From positions 360,001 through 392,000 of the forward strand of contig CP002278.1 in the NCBI GenBank assembly GCA_000166095.1: a DNA stretch of 32,000 bases. The letters are read 5' to 3'. The DNA is from Methanothermus fervidus DSM 2088. GTDB lineage: Archaea > Methanobacteriota > Methanobacteria > DSM-2088 > Methanothermaceae. The position numbers and the translations under genes are program-made. Positions 1-11,488 of this stretch are shown here, in pieces. The notes beneath the pieces were generated by a model. It had not been told where the DNA came from and ran no database searches. It saw nothing but the letters and a program-made list of their open reading frames with translations. Positions within the stretch are counted from its first letter, which is position 1. The number at the start of each line of letters is the position of its first letter.

Positions 1-203
1 ATGAAATTTTGGAAGCATTATTTCACTTCATAGTTTTATCATTGGTATTTTTTTCAGTAGAAATTGGTTTTTTGGCAGCTGTAGTGCACATGACTGTTGA
101 TATATTCCATGAATTGAGTGGTAGAGAATACAGCTGGTTACATCATAGAGCTTTACACTTCACAGTGGAGTCATTATTCTTTATAATGGTAGGTATTAGA
201 TAA
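1..203 (+). CDS. Small membrane protein, 5' partial (open to window edge)
   Basis: Frame is open to the window start and stops at 201-203. Hydrophobic helix followed by [29 protein letters not shown]. Confidence 0.5.
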   Translation, partial: EILEALFHFIVLSLVFFSVEIGFLAAVVHMTVDIFHELSGREYSWLHHRALHFTVESLFFIMVGIR

Positions 204-275
204 TTTATTTTTATATTTAAATAAAAACTTAAGCATGGTCATTTGCTTAAAGTAATTTTCATGAGGTGAATAATC

Positions 276-1940
276 ATGCCAGTGATAACCATAAAATTTG
301 ATGAATTAAGAAAATTGGGAATTGAACTTAGCAATGAAGAAATCATTGAGACATTGCCTATGTTAGGTTGTGATATTGAAGATTATGATGATAATGTTCT
401 TAAAGTAGAATTTTTCCCAAATCGTCCAGATAACTTTTCTGTTGAAGGTATTTCTAGAAGTTTAAAAGGATTTTTAGGGATGGAATTAGGCATACCTAAG
501 TATACAATCAAAGATTCTGGTTTTAAAGTGTTTGTAGATGAAAAAATATCTAAAATTAGGCCATTTATCGCTGTCTGTATAGTGAAAAATTTAGAATTTA
601 ATGAAGACAAAGTAAAACAAATTATGGAGTTTCAAGAAGATCTACATTGGGTCATGGGTAGAGATAGAAAAAAAGTTGCTATAGGTCTCCATAATTATGA
701 TGTTGTCACGCCTCCCTTTTATTATAAGGCAGCTGACCCAGATAATGTAGCATTTGTTCCTCTTAACAGCCAGGAAAAGATGACACTTAGAGAAATACTT
801 AATAAACATGAAACTGGTCGAAAATATGCGCATTTATTAAAACAATACAAAAAATATCCTCTAATTTTAGATGATGATGACAATGTCCTTTCAATGCCTC
901 CAATAATAAATGCAGAACTAACAAAAATTGATGAAAATACGAAAAATGTACTTATAGATGTTACAGGTACAGATTTTAAAGCTGTAATGCAAACTGTCAA
1001 TATATTATCAACCTCCTTTGCAGAAAGTGGTGGAAAAATTGAAACAGTTGAAATTATTTACCCTGATAAGAAAGTAAAGACTCCAGATTTAACTCCTAAA
1101 ACCAAGTTGCTAAATGTAGAAAACGTTAAAAAAATTATAGGTCATGATATTAGTTTAGATGAAATAAAACATTCATTATTAAAGGCGAGAATGGATGTAG
1201 AAGAGATTTCAGATGATAAATTAAAAGTTTATATCCCTGCTTATAGGGTTGATATACTTCATGAAGTTGATATAATAGAAAATGTTGCGATACAATACCG
1301 TTTTAATAATATCAAGCCAAGATTACCAAAAGTTGCCACTGTTGGTGAAGAAGACCCATGGTATATTTCTGACAACGTATTACGGAAAATTATGGTTGGT
1401 TTAGGTTTCCAGGAAATTATGAGTTTAATGTTGACAAATGAAGATACACATTACAAAAAAATGAGATTAAAGGAAGACGATAGGGTTCAAGTTTCTCAAC
1501 CAATTTCAGAAGATAGAACTATGATAAGAAAAAGCCTTCTAGGAAATCTCATGGAATTTTTAAGGGACAATAGACATGCTGAATTGCCACAAAAAATATT
1601 TGAAGTTGGTGAAGCTGTATATATTGACAAAAAATCTGAAACAAAAGTAAAAAGTGTTAAAAAATTGGCAGGGGCAGTAATGCATTCAAATACTAATTTT
1701 ACAGAAATAAAATCAATTGTAGCTACAATAATCAAAAACTTAGGTTATAAAATGGAGTTAGAGAAGACTAACCATCCTAGTTTTATCAAAGGTAGGGTAG
1801 CAAAGGTTAGAGCTAAAATGAAAGACAAGGCTTCAATAGAGGGCGTTTTTGGTGAAATACATCCAGAAGTTATAATTAATTTTGATTTAGAGTATCCTGT
1901 TACAGCCTTTGAATTAGAATTTACTCACCAACAACCATAA
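276..1940 (+). CDS. pheT: Phenylalanyl-tRNA synthetase beta subunit, archaeal type
   Basis: 554 aa ORF starting MPVITIKFDELRKLG with archaeal PheRS-beta motifs (LPMLGCDIE, EVEFFPNRPDNFSVEGISR-like, PKIFEVGEAV). Upstream GAGGTGA ribosome binding site. Confidence 0.96.
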   Translation: MPVITIKFDELRKLGIELSNEEIIETLPMLGCDIEDYDDNVLKVEFFPNRPDNFSVEGISRSLKGFLGMELGIPKYTIKDSGFKVFVDEKISKIRPFIAVCIVKNLEFNEDKVKQIMEFQEDLHWVMGRDRKKVAIGLHNYDVVTPPFYYKAADPDNVAFVPLNSQEKMTLREILNKHETGRKYAHLLKQYKKYPLILDDDDNVLSMPPIINAELTKIDENTKNVLIDVTGTDFKAVMQTVNILSTSFAESGGKIETVEIIYPDKKVKTPDLTPKTKLLNVENVKKIIGHDISLDEIKHSLLKARMDVEEISDDKLKVYIPAYRVDILHEVDIIENVAIQYRFNNIKPRLPKVATVGEEDPWYISDNVLRKIMVGLGFQEIMSLMLTNEDTHYKKMRLKEDDRVQVSQPISEDRTMIRKSLLGNLMEFLRDNRHAELPQKIFEVGEAVYIDKKSETKVKSVKKLAGAVMHSNTNFTEIKSIVATIIKNLGYKMELEKTNHPSFIKGRVAKVRAKMKDKASIEGVFGEIHPEVIINFDLEYPVTAFELEFTHQQP

Positions 1941-2331
1941 TATTTACAGTCCTTGTCCTTGGACCATCTAATTCCACGAAAAAAATTCTTTGCCAAGTCC
2001 CTAAATCTAATTTGCCATTTACAACTTGTAATGTTTTACTGGAATCTAGAAGAACTGACCTTTGATGAGAATCTGCATTATTATCTATTCTATTATGTTC
2101 ATAGTTTCCATCAACAGGGACAATACGCTCCAATAATTTTTTAAAATCATTAATTAATCCTTTTTCATTTTCATTTATTAAAAGACCTGCAGTACTATGC
2201 CTGTTAAAAATGTTTACCAATCCTGTATCTATATCTAAGGAATTAACAAAATTTTCAACTTTTGAGGTAATATCAATGAATTCAACTCTCTCTTTTGTAT
2301 TTATATTTATACTTTTCCTCCAAATATTCAT
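1921..2331 (-). CDS. YjbQ/UPF0047 family protein (secondary thiamine-phosphate synthase-type)
   Basis: Family motifs HSTAGLLINENE, NADSHQRSVLL and LGTWQRIFFVELDGPRTR. GGAGG upstream of ATG. Confidence 0.92.
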   Translation of the reverse strand: MNIWRKSININTKERVEFIDITSKVENFVNSLDIDTGLVNIFNRHSTAGLLINENEKGLINDFKKLLERIVPVDGNYEHNRIDNNADSHQRSVLLDSSKTLQVVNGKLDLGTWQRIFFVELDGPRTRTVNIMVVGE

Positions 2332-2389
2332 ATTTTAATCCTCCAAAAAAATTATACATAATAATTTTTGTTTCCAGGAGGTAAAATTT

Positions 2390-3887
<1,498 letters not shown>

Positions 3888-3923
3888 ATACTTAAAAGTT
3901 AGTTGTTTTTTGGAGGTATCACA

Positions 3924-4106
3924 ATGAAAGGTACGCCATCATTTGGAAAAAGGAATAAAACCTTACATATTCGTTGTAGAAGATGCGGACGTAAATCTTA
4001 TCACGTAAAGAAAAAAGTGTGTGCAGCCTGTGGATTTGGTAGAACAAGAAAAATAAGAAGATATAGTTGGCAAAATAAAAAAGTTAATGGTCAAAGGTTG
4101 ACATAA
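3924..4106 (+). CDS. rpl37e: 50S ribosomal protein L37e
   Basis: [48 protein letters not shown] with two CxxC zinc motifs. Immediately follows the LSm gene, as in many archaea. TGGAGGT upstream of ATG 3924. Confidence 0.97.
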   Translation: MKGTPSFGKRNKTLHIRCRRCGRKSYHVKKKVCAACGFGRTRKIRRYSWQNKKVNGQRLT

Positions 4107-4928
4107 ATGGAAGATAAACGTCCTATAGATGTAAGAATAATTGTAGAAGGGGCTTCTGATGTAGAGACAATTTCTAAAGCGTTACAAATGATTTCATTAG
4201 GTTCAGAATACCATGTAACTATTTCCTCAATAATACCAACGACAAGTGTAGAAATTGCACAAAGAGCTGTTGAAGGGGCAGACATAGTACTGATAGCAAC
4301 TGATGTAGATCCTACAGGTAGAGAATTAGCAAAAAAATTTGAAAAATCTCTTAAAGACCATGTTGGACATGTGGAAAGAATAAAATTGCCTTATGGCCAT
4401 GATGTAGAATATATAGATTCAGACCTCCTAAAAAAGGAAATAAAAAATGCGATTGTTAGATCAGGTTTATCTTCTCTACCCAACATTCGACATTGTAATC
4501 AATTAGAAGAAAAAATAGATGAACTTGAAAACCAAATAAAATCAATTTCTGAGGAAAATAAAAAATTAAAAAAGAGTAAAGATGAGCTAGAATCTGAACT
4601 AGAAAATTTTGAGAAAAAATATAAAGAATTAAAGGATAAATATAATGAATTAAAAGAAAGATATAAGAATATTGAAGAAAAATATAAGAGTGTTAAATCA
4701 AATTATGAGGAAATGAAAAAAAGAGGTTTATTAGAAGCTTTTTCTCTTAAAGAATTATGGGCAGAACTTTTTGGTGAAGAAGTAGACGAAGATAAAATTG
4801 TAAAAATCACGAACAATGTGAAGCCAAAGGATATCATTGTTGGTCAAGGATTAATTTGTGCCCCATCTAAGAAAAGGGCTATAGAATGGCTAAATATAAT
4901 AAAGACAGCTTTGACAATTGTTGAATGA
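4107..4928 (+). CDS. TOPRIM-domain protein with long coiled-coil region
   Basis: TOPRIM-like motifs IIVEGASD (Glu) and [10 protein letters not shown] (DxD), then roughly 80 residues of K/E-rich heptad-like sequence and a distinct C-terminus ([25 protein letters not shown]). Confidence 0.8.
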   Translation: MEDKRPIDVRIIVEGASDVETISKALQMISLGSEYHVTISSIIPTTSVEIAQRAVEGADIVLIATDVDPTGRELAKKFEKSLKDHVGHVERIKLPYGHDVEYIDSDLLKKEIKNAIVRSGLSSLPNIRHCNQLEEKIDELENQIKSISEENKKLKKSKDELESELENFEKKYKELKDKYNELKERYKNIEEKYKSVKSNYEEMKKRGLLEAFSLKELWAELFGEEVDEDKIVKITNNVKPKDIIVGQGLICAPSKKRAIEWLNIIKTALTIVE

Positions 4929-6331
4929 TGGGGATCTATGTGAAAGACAAATGTGGGATTGTAGGTATCTACTCAGAAAAACCTGAGTCTGTACCATATT
5001 ATCTATATTATTCTTTGTATGCTCTACAACATAGAGGGCAGGAATCTGCAGGAATGGCAACATACCAAGGCAAAATTGTAACTTATAAAAGTATGGGATT
5101 AGTATGTAATGTTTTTGATAAGAAAAAGCTTGATAGTCTCCGTAGTCATGTAGGAATAGGCCATGTACGATATTCCACTACTGGAAAATCAGAACCAAAA
5201 AATTCACAACCATTTACGATTGAATTTGAGGAAGGACAAATATCAGTGGCCCATAATGGAGATATAGTTAATTCAAGAGAACTGAGGAAAGATCTTAAAT
5301 CAAGAGGATATAATTTTTATTCAACAACTGATTCTGAAATAATTGCTCATTTATTTTGTGATGAATATTCAAAAACTAATGATGTTTTACAAGCAATAAA
5401 GAATACATTGAAAAAAATTATAGGTTCATATTCACTTGTAATTCTTATAAATGATGATTTATATGCTATAAGAGATCCTTTTGGGATTAGACCTTTAGTA
5501 TTTGGAAAAGATGATGAATCAAAAATTGTTGCATCTGAAACAGTTGCACTTGATGTTGTTAACATTGATTATAAAAGAGATATAAAGCCAGGAGAAATAT
5601 TACATCTAAATACTGAAAAAAGTTATGAATTAGGAAAGGAAAAACGAAGAGCTCATTGTATATTTGAATATGTTTATTTTGCACGACCTGACAGTATCAT
5701 AAATGGGAGAAAAGTATATAAAGTTCGTTTAAATATTGGCAAGGCTCTTTATAGGGAAGATCCTATTGATGCCGACATGGTTGCTCCTGTACCTGATTCA
5801 GCAATACCTGCAGCAATTGGATATTCAAGAGAATCTGGAATTCCTTATGGAGAAGCTTTCATAAAAAATCGTTACATAGGTAGAACATTTATAATGCCAA
5901 CACAAAAAAGTAGAGAGTCAGCAGTGAAATTAAAGATGAATCCATTAAAAACTGAAGTTGAAGGAAAAAGAATAGTTCTTATTGATGATAGTATAGTTCG
6001 TGGGACCACCATCAAGCAATTAGTCAATGTTTTAAAAAATGCAAATGCAAAAGAGATTCATTTGAGGATAGGTTGCCCACCTATCAAACATCCATGTTAT
6101 TATGGGATTGCAATAAGGTCTGAAGATGAATTGATAGCATCTAATAAGGATGTAGAAGAAATAAGAAAAATATTAGGTGTAAATTCATTAAAATACCTCA
6201 CAATCGAATCTCTAGTGAAATGTATTGGTATTAGTAAGAAAAATTTATGCACAGGTTGTCTTGATGGCGAATATCCAACTCTAACACCTGATGAAATAAG
6301 GAAGATAAAGCCAGATATATATCATTACTGA
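4925..6331 (+). CDS. purF: Amidophosphoribosyltransferase
   Basis: N-terminal CGIVGIYS Ntn-glutaminase nucleophile; [19 protein letters not shown], and PRPP-binding [12 protein letters not shown]. The true start may be GTG 4940. Confidence 0.97.
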   Translation: MMGIYVKDKCGIVGIYSEKPESVPYYLYYSLYALQHRGQESAGMATYQGKIVTYKSMGLVCNVFDKKKLDSLRSHVGIGHVRYSTTGKSEPKNSQPFTIEFEEGQISVAHNGDIVNSRELRKDLKSRGYNFYSTTDSEIIAHLFCDEYSKTNDVLQAIKNTLKKIIGSYSLVILINDDLYAIRDPFGIRPLVFGKDDESKIVASETVALDVVNIDYKRDIKPGEILHLNTEKSYELGKEKRRAHCIFEYVYFARPDSIINGRKVYKVRLNIGKALYREDPIDADMVAPVPDSAIPAAIGYSRESGIPYGEAFIKNRYIGRTFIMPTQKSRESAVKLKMNPLKTEVEGKRIVLIDDSIVRGTTIKQLVNVLKNANAKEIHLRIGCPPIKHPCYYGIAIRSEDELIASNKDVEEIRKILGVNSLKYLTIESLVKCIGISKKNLCTGCLDGEYPTLTPDEIRKIKPDIYHY

Positions 6332-6347
6332 TTTTTTGGTGAGAAGT

Positions 6348-7538
6348 ATGGTAGAACTTTTAGCACCAGCTCGTGATTTTGCTTCATTATCAGCCGCAAT
6401 AAAAAATGGTGCAGATGCTGTTTATATTGGCATGGAAGGATGTAATTTACGTTCAAATGTTTCTAATTTTACATTGGACGAAATAAATGATGCTACAAAA
6501 TATGCTCACAAAAATAATGTTAAATTATATGTTTGTGCGAACACAATACTTTATGATTCAGATATATATGAATTGGAGAAAAAACTTCAAGAATTACATG
6601 AAAGTAATGTAGATGCAATTATAGTTTCAGATCTTGGTGGTATAGATTTGGCTGTTGAAAATGATTTACGAGTTCATGTTAGTGTTCAAGCTAATATATC
6701 CAATGTTAGAGCAATAAAAGTACTTAAAAAATTGGGAGCATCAAGAGTCATACTTTCAAGAGAACTCACATTAGACCAAATTAAAGATATAGCTTCAAAA
6801 TCTCCACTTGAAACAGAAATTTTTATACATGGAGCTCAGTGTATGGCAATATCTGGAAGATGTTTATTGAGTTCTTACCTTACAGGGAAAAGTTCTAATA
6901 AAGGAGAGTGTTTACAACCTTGTAGAAAGGCTTGGAGAGTAATATCTGAAGATAATGAAGAATTTATAGTAGAAAGTGGTAATGGTAATATAAAAAGTTA
7001 TATTTTTAGTCCTAAAGATTTGTGTATGATTGAGTACATTCCAGAATTAATGGAATCAGGAGTTGATGCTTTTAAAATTGAAGGAAGAGCTAGATCAGCA
7101 GATTATGTTGCAACAGTTGTATCTGTTTATAGAGAAGCTATAGATAAATATTTAAATGGAAATTGGGAATTCAACAAAGAATGGTTAGAAGAGTTGAAAA
7201 AAGTCTTTAATAGAGGATTCGATCATGGATTTTATTTTGGACGCCCTAAACAAGGCAGTACTTATAATCAAGGATTAATAAAAAAAGATGTGGGTGAAGT
7301 TATAGAATATAACAATGAAAATAATTTGGCTAAACTAAGAATTTGGGATGAAATAAAAAAAGGCGATGAGTTAGTATTTCAAGGAAAGAAAACAGGTGCT
7401 ATTATACAGCGAGCAAAGTCTATAAAATTAAAAGAAATAAAAGCAAAAAAAGGTAAATTGAGAAAAATAATAACTCTTAAAATGAAAAGTAAAGTAAATC
7501 CTGGAGATCTTGTCTATAAAAGGGTTAAAAGGTGCTAA
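6348..7538 (+). CDS. U32 family peptidase
   Basis: MVELLAPARDFASLSAAIKNGADAVYIGMEG; EIFIHGAQCMAISGRCLLSSYLTGKSSNKGECLQPCRKAW; FKIEGRARSADYVATV. ORF opens at 6336, but GGTGAG precedes ATG 6348. Confidence 0.92.
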   Translation: MVELLAPARDFASLSAAIKNGADAVYIGMEGCNLRSNVSNFTLDEINDATKYAHKNNVKLYVCANTILYDSDIYELEKKLQELHESNVDAIIVSDLGGIDLAVENDLRVHVSVQANISNVRAIKVLKKLGASRVILSRELTLDQIKDIASKSPLETEIFIHGAQCMAISGRCLLSSYLTGKSSNKGECLQPCRKAWRVISEDNEEFIVESGNGNIKSYIFSPKDLCMIEYIPELMESGVDAFKIEGRARSADYVATVVSVYREAIDKYLNGNWEFNKEWLEELKKVFNRGFDHGFYFGRPKQGSTYNQGLIKKDVGEVIEYNNENNLAKLRIWDEIKKGDELVFQGKKTGAIIQRAKSIKLKEIKAKKGKLRKIITLKMKSKVNPGDLVYKRVKRC

Positions 7539-8353
7539 TTTTGAAAAAAAGGAAACAACGTAGAATAGCAATATATGGAAAAGGAGGGATTGGAAAATCA
7601 ACCATAGTTTCAAACATTGCAGCTGCATATTCTGATAAGTATAAAGTTTTAGTAATTGGTTGTGATCCAAAATCTGATACAACACGGACATTGTATGGCT
7701 CCAGGATACCCACTGTACTACATATTTTAAAGGAAAAGAAAGAACCAAAAGTTGAAGATGTAGTGTATGTAGGATATAATGGTGTTAAATGTGTTGAATC
7801 TGGGGGTCCAGAACCTGGTGTTGGTTGTGCAGGTAGAGGAGTAATTGTAGCTATGAATTTACTTGAAAAACTCGGGGTATTTAGGGAATCTTTAGACATA
7901 ATAATATATGATGTACTTGGAGATGTTGTTTGTGGAGGATTTGCTGTACCTTTACGTGAAGATTATGCAGATGAAGTTTATATAGTCACTTCGGGCGAAT
8001 ATATGTCATTATATGCCGCAAACAACATATGTAAAGGTATCAAAAGATTAAAAGGAAGACTTGGCGGTATCATTTGTAATTGTAGAGGTATAAAGAATGA
8101 AGTAGAAATTGTTGAAAAATTTGCAAAAAAAATAGGTAGTAAAGTTGTAGGTGTAATTCCTAGAAGTGATTTAGTCCAAAAAAGTGAAATAGAAGGAAAA
8201 ACTGTAATCGAAAAGTTTCCAAAATCTGAACAAGCAAAAATATATAGAGATCTAGCGAAATCAATATATTTAAATAAAGATTTCGTTGAACCAAAACCTA
8301 TGAGTATAGACGAGTTAGAAAAATTTATTAAAAATCTATATAATGTCTCATAG
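7532..8353 (+). CDS. cfbC: NifH-like Ni-sirohydrochlorin a,c-diamide reductive cyclase reductase component (F430 biosynthesis)
   Basis: P-loop YGKGGIGKST; CESGGPEPGVGCAGRG; YDVLGDVVCGGFAVPLR. Diverges from canonical NifH; no nifDK nearby. Start is GTG 7532 or TTG 7541. Confidence 0.85.
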   Translation: MLILKKRKQRRIAIYGKGGIGKSTIVSNIAAAYSDKYKVLVIGCDPKSDTTRTLYGSRIPTVLHILKEKKEPKVEDVVYVGYNGVKCVESGGPEPGVGCAGRGVIVAMNLLEKLGVFRESLDIIIYDVLGDVVCGGFAVPLREDYADEVYIVTSGEYMSLYAANNICKGIKRLKGRLGGIICNCRGIKNEVEIVEKFAKKIGSKVVGVIPRSDLVQKSEIEGKTVIEKFPKSEQAKIYRDLAKSIYLNKDFVEPKPMSIDELEKFIKNLYNVS

Positions 8354-8759
8354 AGAAAGATTTTTTGCCTAAATTTTTAAATGCATTCTTAACACATGTT
8401 TTTGCTTTCTCAAAATTTTTAAAATAGAAAAGATGTGAAGGACAGTTACAATCAGAAGAACCAAAATTTTCAATGCTAACAGCATAGTTATTTAAATATT
8501 TAGCAATCTCACATTCTATTCTTTTATTGGAGATTGCAGCTATTATCTCTAATATTTTTGCATACATTAAAAAATAATCTATATGCCAATGTAATTTTTT
8601 ATTGGAAGATAAATGTCTTTTCACTCTACTTTCTAAAGAATTAAGTGCTGAACCAACATACACATAATAACCTTTCTCAAAGTTTAACTTACCTAATTTT
8701 CCAACTTTTATTTTTGAATTATTTTTTAATTTCATTATTAGGCAATAACTACCTTTCAT
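8328..8759 (-). CDS. DUF123 / GIY-YIG-like nuclease domain protein
   Basis: MKGSYCLIMKL...IKVGKLGKLNFEKGYYVYVGSALNSLESRVKRHL...LHWHIDYFL matches DUF123 (archaeal GIY-YIG-like) signatures. Confidence 0.88.
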   Translation of the reverse strand: MKGSYCLIMKLKNNSKIKVGKLGKLNFEKGYYVYVGSALNSLESRVKRHLSSNKKLHWHIDYFLMYAKILEIIAAISNKRIECEIAKYLNNYAVSIENFGSSDCNCPSHLFYFKNFEKAKTCVKNAFKNLGKKSFSMRHYIDF

Positions 8760-8779
8760 AATAAAAGGTGGAGATAATT

Positions 8780-9274
<495 letters not shown>

Positions 9275-9347
9275 ATTTTCATTTACATGCTATAAATTCA
9301 CTTTTATAAATAATTTTCGATTGGATAAATGGGCAGAAGGTGGAAGA

Positions 9348-9641
9348 ATGGAAGCAATAATGAAAAAAGGTAGTGATGTATTGTTACAGATACATGTTAT
9401 TCCATCTTCAAAAAAATTTGGTATAGAAAAATACGATTCATGGAGAAAAAGATTATATGTAACTGTTAAATCACCTGCAAGAAAAGGAAAAGCAAATAAA
9501 GAAATAATTGAAGAATTTTCTAAGCTTTTCAATAAAGAAGTTAAAATAGTTAAAGGCATAAAAAGTCGTGATAAAACTTTAGTTGTAAAAGATGTTGAAT
9601 ACAAAAAAATAATGGAAATTATAAGAGGAAAACTAAAATGA
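9348..9641 (+). CDS. DUF167/YggU family protein
   Basis: HVIPSSKKFGIEKYD...LYVTVKSPARKGKANKEIIEEFSKLF; KSRDKTLVV. Start at ATG 9348 after GGTGGA; the upstream part of the ORF is antisense tRNA. Confidence 0.9.
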   Translation: MEAIMKKGSDVLLQIHVIPSSKKFGIEKYDSWRKRLYVTVKSPARKGKANKEIIEEFSKLFNKEVKIVKGIKSRDKTLVVKDVEYKKIMEIIRGKLK

Positions 9642-10798
9642 CAGTAGTTATAGATCCTAGGACGGCAGGAATTAGCGGTAATATGGTAGTTGGGGCTTTA
9701 GTGGATATAGGAGCAAATAAGAAAAAAGTAATGAAAATAATGGAAGAAACAGGTTCTATTTTTGGTGATATTAATGTTGAAATAACTAAAACAACAAAGT
9801 CTGGAATTAAGTGTACTTATGTAAATGTGGAATCTAAAGATTACAAAAAAATTAGTTATTTTGAGTTAGTTGACAAATTAGAGAATTTAGAAATAAGTAA
9901 AAGAATATTAAAACTTGCAAAATCTATTTTTAAAGAAATAGCATTATGTGAGGCACGTATACATAACAAATCTATTAAAAATATAAAATTCCATAATGTT
10001 GGTGTTACAGATATTGTTGCAGATGTTTTTGGGGCTGTGTATTCTTATTTTTCTTTAGGTTTAGACAAAGAGAAAATATTTGGCCTCCCAGTGGCTTTAG
10101 GTACAAAAACTTCTTACCTTACTTTTGAATTATTAAAGAAGATCCCAACTTTTGAAAAATCTATAAATAATGAAATTTCAACGCCCACAGGTGTTGCATT
10201 GTTTAAAAAAATGTGTGATAACTTTAGAAAATCATTGCCATTAATAACTATAGATAAAATAGGTTATGGTGCTGGAAAACATGATCTAAAGGTTCCTAAC
10301 ATTCTAAAAATATTTAAAGGTAAAATGAATTATGAAGAAGATAATATTGCATTATTGGAAACAAACATCGATCATTTAAGTGGTGAGATTTTAGGAAATA
10401 TTTTTGAAACATTGATAAATACTGGGGCTTTAGATGTTAGCATAATACCTTGTGTAATGAAAAAAAACCGTCCAGGACATATACTTAGAGTTTTATGTCG
10501 TCCAAAAGACGTGGATAAAATCTCTCAAAAAATTTTTGAAGAAACAGGAACATTGGGAATTAGAGTATTTCCTCATGTACATAGATATATAATTAAAAGA
10601 AAAAAGATTAATCTTGAAATTGATGTAAAAGGTAAAAGACAAGCTAATTTTAAGGTTAGCTTCTTAGGAAGCAAAATATTGGATGCAAGAATAGAATATG
10701 AGGATGCAAAACGTATTTCAAAAAAAACTGGCTTACCTTTAAAAGATGTGATGAGAATTGCAAATGAAGAATTTTATAGGAGGTATTCAAATGGTTAA
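9638..10798 (+). CDS. larC: LarC family nickel insertion protein (TIGR00299-type)
   Basis: IDPRTAGISGNMVVGALVDIGA; HNVGVTDIVADVFGAVYSY; YEEDNIALLETNIDHLSGEILGNIFETLINTGALDVS. Confidence 0.88.
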   Translation: MTVVIDPRTAGISGNMVVGALVDIGANKKKVMKIMEETGSIFGDINVEITKTTKSGIKCTYVNVESKDYKKISYFELVDKLENLEISKRILKLAKSIFKEIALCEARIHNKSIKNIKFHNVGVTDIVADVFGAVYSYFSLGLDKEKIFGLPVALGTKTSYLTFELLKKIPTFEKSINNEISTPTGVALFKKMCDNFRKSLPLITIDKIGYGAGKHDLKVPNILKIFKGKMNYEEDNIALLETNIDHLSGEILGNIFETLINTGALDVSIIPCVMKKNRPGHILRVLCRPKDVDKISQKIFEETGTLGIRVFPHVHRYIIKRKKINLEIDVKGKRQANFKVSFLGSKILDARIEYEDAKRISKKTGLPLKDVMRIANEEFYRRYSNG

Positions 10799-11486
10799 AG
10801 CTCCAAGAGCAATTTCAATATTATCAGGAGGGTTAGATTCAGTTGTTGCACTTTTTGATTTTATCAAAAAAAATCCTAATGGAGAGGTACATGCTATAAC
10901 ATTTGACTATGGTCAAAAAAGTGCTGAAATGGAAATAAATGCATCAAAGAAAATATGTAAATATTTAGGAATTAAACATAGTGTTTTAAATGTAAAATGG
11001 TTAGGAAAGCTTGGAACTTCAGCATTAACAACTGATAAGGAAATACCAAAATTAAAAATATCTGATTTAGAAGATAAAGAAAAATGTGAAAAAACTGCAA
11101 AAATGGTATGGGTCCCTGCACGAAACATAGTATTTACAGCTATTGCATCAGCATTTGCAGAAGCTGAAAATGCTGAGAAAATAATAGTTGGATGGGATAG
11201 AGAAGAAGCATCCACATTCCCTGATAACTCTAAAGAATTTTTATCAGCTTTTAACAATCTTTTAGCTATAGGTACTATGAGCAATATAAATATTGAAGCT
11301 CCGCTGATTGATATGGATAAACATGAAATTGTTAAACTTGGTAAAAAATATGGTGTTCCATTTGAATTTACATATTCTTGTTATCAAGGCTTTGAAAAAC
11401 ATTGTGGTGTATGTGAATCATGTGTAAGGAGAAAAAGAGCATTTAAGTTGGCAAAAGTTGAAGATCCAACAGAATACATGAAATAA
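10791..11486 (+). CDS. queC: 7-cyano-7-deazaguanine synthase
   Basis: PP-loop SILSGGLDSVVALF; FDYGQKSAEME; terminal Cys cluster SCYQGFEKHCGVCESCVRRKRAF. Strong AGGAGGT upstream of ATG 10791. Confidence 0.94.
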   Translation: MVKAPRAISILSGGLDSVVALFDFIKKNPNGEVHAITFDYGQKSAEMEINASKKICKYLGIKHSVLNVKWLGKLGTSALTTDKEIPKLKISDLEDKEKCEKTAKMVWVPARNIVFTAIASAFAEAENAEKIIVGWDREEASTFPDNSKEFLSAFNNLLAIGTMSNINIEAPLIDMDKHEIVKLGKKYGVPFEFTYSCYQGFEKHCGVCESCVRRKRAFKLAKVEDPTEYMK

Positions 11487-11488
11487 AA

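Noticed and set aside
383-1735. Minus-strand ORFs inside pheT (383-610, 642-833, 722-1000, 1496-1735)
   Set aside because: Short antisense frames fully inside a well-supported gene, with no recognisable domains.
7428-7899. Minus-strand ORFs of 106 and 124 aa across the U32/cfbC junction
   Set aside because: They run antisense to two clear genes, with no ribosome site or domain pattern.
7532-8353. Possible nitrogenase iron protein gene (nifH)
   Set aside because: No nifD/K/E/N or glnB-like genes nearby, and the sequence resembles the F430-pathway NifH homolog (CfbC) in a methanogen context.
8328-8759. DUF123/GIY-YIG protein as a homing endonuclease
   Set aside because: It is a compact standalone DUF123-type protein, not in an intron or intein, and matches a widespread archaeal housekeeping-like family.
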